From Candidatus Limnocylindrus sp. (GTDB lineage Bacteria; Chloroflexota; Limnocylindria; Limnocylindrales; Limnocylindraceae): a DNA stretch of 45,504 bases. Where the stretch lies: positions 1-45,504 of the forward strand of contig JBBAWP010000004.1 of the NCBI GenBank assembly GCA_040397155.1, given 5' to 3'. Below are positions 44,891 through 45,504 of this stretch, piece after piece; position 1 is the first letter of the stretch, and each line of letters opens with the position of its first letter. A program made the translations under genes and the position numbers. The notes below the pieces were generated by a model. It had not been told where the DNA came from and ran no database searches. It saw only the letters and a list, made by a program, of their open reading frames with translations.

Positions 44891-45504
44891 ATGCGGGTCC
44901 TCCTCGTCGCCAGCCCAGCGCACCCTGCTCTCGCTCGGTTCACGCCGACACTTGCCACCCTCGCCGCACAAGGGTGCTCCATTGAGGCGTGCCTCCCCCT
45001 CTCCTCTGAGCTCACCCGCGAAGGGATCCTCCACGTGGCGCTCGGGGACTCTGAACTCGACGCGGCGCTCCGCGGCCTTACGGATAGCGACCTCCTCATT
45101 GCCCCACTCGCCGGCCCCGCCGCACTGGGCGCTGTCGCCCACGTGATTGGAAGAGGAGCGGGTGCGCCACTTCTCTTGGTTGACGCCAACGACGCGGGGG
45201 ACCTTGTTGGGTCGCTTGCCATGGCGCGTGATGGTGGAACCGTTGGTGCGGCCGTCCGCGAACGGCTGATCCAGAGTGCGGCGTTTGCCCTCGCCTCCGT
45301 CCTTGCACCCGCTGCGCGCGGAAACGACGAGTTTCCTGAACGACAACTCTTTCTCTTAGAGCGCGTTCGCACCTTCCAGCACGGTGAGAATCCGCATCAG
45401 CGCGCCGCCGCGTACCAGCACGCCTTGCGAAACCGCGCAGGTGTCCTTGGCGCACAACTTGTGCAAGGGAGCGAACCCACACTGAACGACGTCCTTGATC
45501 TTGA
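44891..45504 (+). CDS. PurH-like protein, 5' part (AICAR transformylase-type GENPHQ motif after a divergent N-terminal domain); runs off the right edge
   Basis: I translated the plus strand from ATG 44891: MRVLLVASPAHPALARF...ERVRTFQHGENPHQRAAAYQHA...GAQLVQGSEPTLNDVLDL. The frame is open to the window end and has strongly GC-rich third positions. GENPHQ.AA.Y is the hallmark that starts the AICARFT domain of PurH. It is absent from the ORF track because it has no stop. The overlapping minus-strand ORFs (44827..45372, 44864..45346) look like shadow frames. Confidence 0.65.
   Translation, partial: MRVLLVASPAHPALARFTPTLATLAAQGCSIEACLPLSSELTREGILHVALGDSELDAALRGLTDSDLLIAPLAGPAALGAVAHVIGRGAGAPLLLVDANDAGDLVGSLAMARDGGTVGAAVRERLIQSAAFALASVLAPAARGNDEFPERQLFLLERVRTFQHGENPHQRAAAYQHALRNRAGVLGAQLVQGSEPTLNDVLDL

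Noticed and set aside
44827-45372. Minus-strand ORFs of 181 aa and 160 aa (44864..45346), and 45096..45482, lie at the right end.
   Set aside because: The plus-strand frame is open from 44891 to the window edge. It has GC-rich third positions and contains the PurH hallmark GENPHQ.AA.Y. The minus-strand translations are Arg/Ser/Gly-rich shadow frames.

Overview
This is a visibly GC-rich bacterial chromosomal window covering the replication-origin neighbourhood. Almost all of it is tightly packed core housekeeping, arranged in four strand blocks.

(i) 1-12.1 kb, minus strand: mreD-like, mrdA and rodA, then rplU-rpmA-rpmE-DUF1385-prfA-prmC-HAD-glyA-wecA-atpZ-atpB (partial). Most of these have overlapping or near-abutting stop and start codons.

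(ii) 12.1-28.0 kb, plus strand: a parS palindrome, then parA-parB-gyrB-gyrA-prs-small ORF-secA-prfB (with the classical +1 frameshift)-ftsE-ftsX-S41 protease-smpB-ssrA (tmRNA).

(iii) 28.0-31.4 kb, minus strand: a DUF4287-like gene, then jag/khpB-yidC-yidD-rnpA-rpmH.

(iv) 31.7-39.2 kb, plus strand: dnaA, a DnaA-box cluster with an AT-rich patch (candidate oriC), dnaN, recF, a DUF721/DciA-like gene, an 823-aa membrane protein with a repeat-rich C-terminal domain, and a DUF151 nuclease.

The right end holds a GT2 polyprenyl-phosphate sugar synthase divergent from a 1380-aa ORF that looks like two GT-C glycosyltransferase modules fused, with a large soluble insertion. After that come a cupin, a small membrane protein and the 5' part of a divergent purH-like gene.

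By eye I saw no CRISPR array, transposase, integrase, rRNA or tRNA. The only RNA gene I can support is the tmRNA.

The observations most worth following up are:
- The 16-kb parA..ssrA block is transcribed head-on toward the candidate origin. Re-inverting it would restore the canonical jag-parA-parB order.
- parB and gyrB are fused by a 1-nt stop/start overlap, and gyrBA is detached from dnaA-dnaN-recF.
- The uncharacterised 823-aa protein sits where gyrB normally sits.
- The 1380-aa double GT-C / PMT-like fusion is paired with a divergent GT2 gene.
- The purH-like gene has an N-terminal domain that lacks the IMP cyclohydrolase motifs.
- Catalytic-motif variants occur in PBP2 (SSA instead of SxN/D) and PrmC (NLPY instead of NPPY).

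No clear-cut novel multi-gene system (defence, toxin, mobile) is evident. The 36-44 kb envelope/glycosylation stretch is the least conventional part. All functional calls rest on motif recognition by eye and on synteny. No database search was run.
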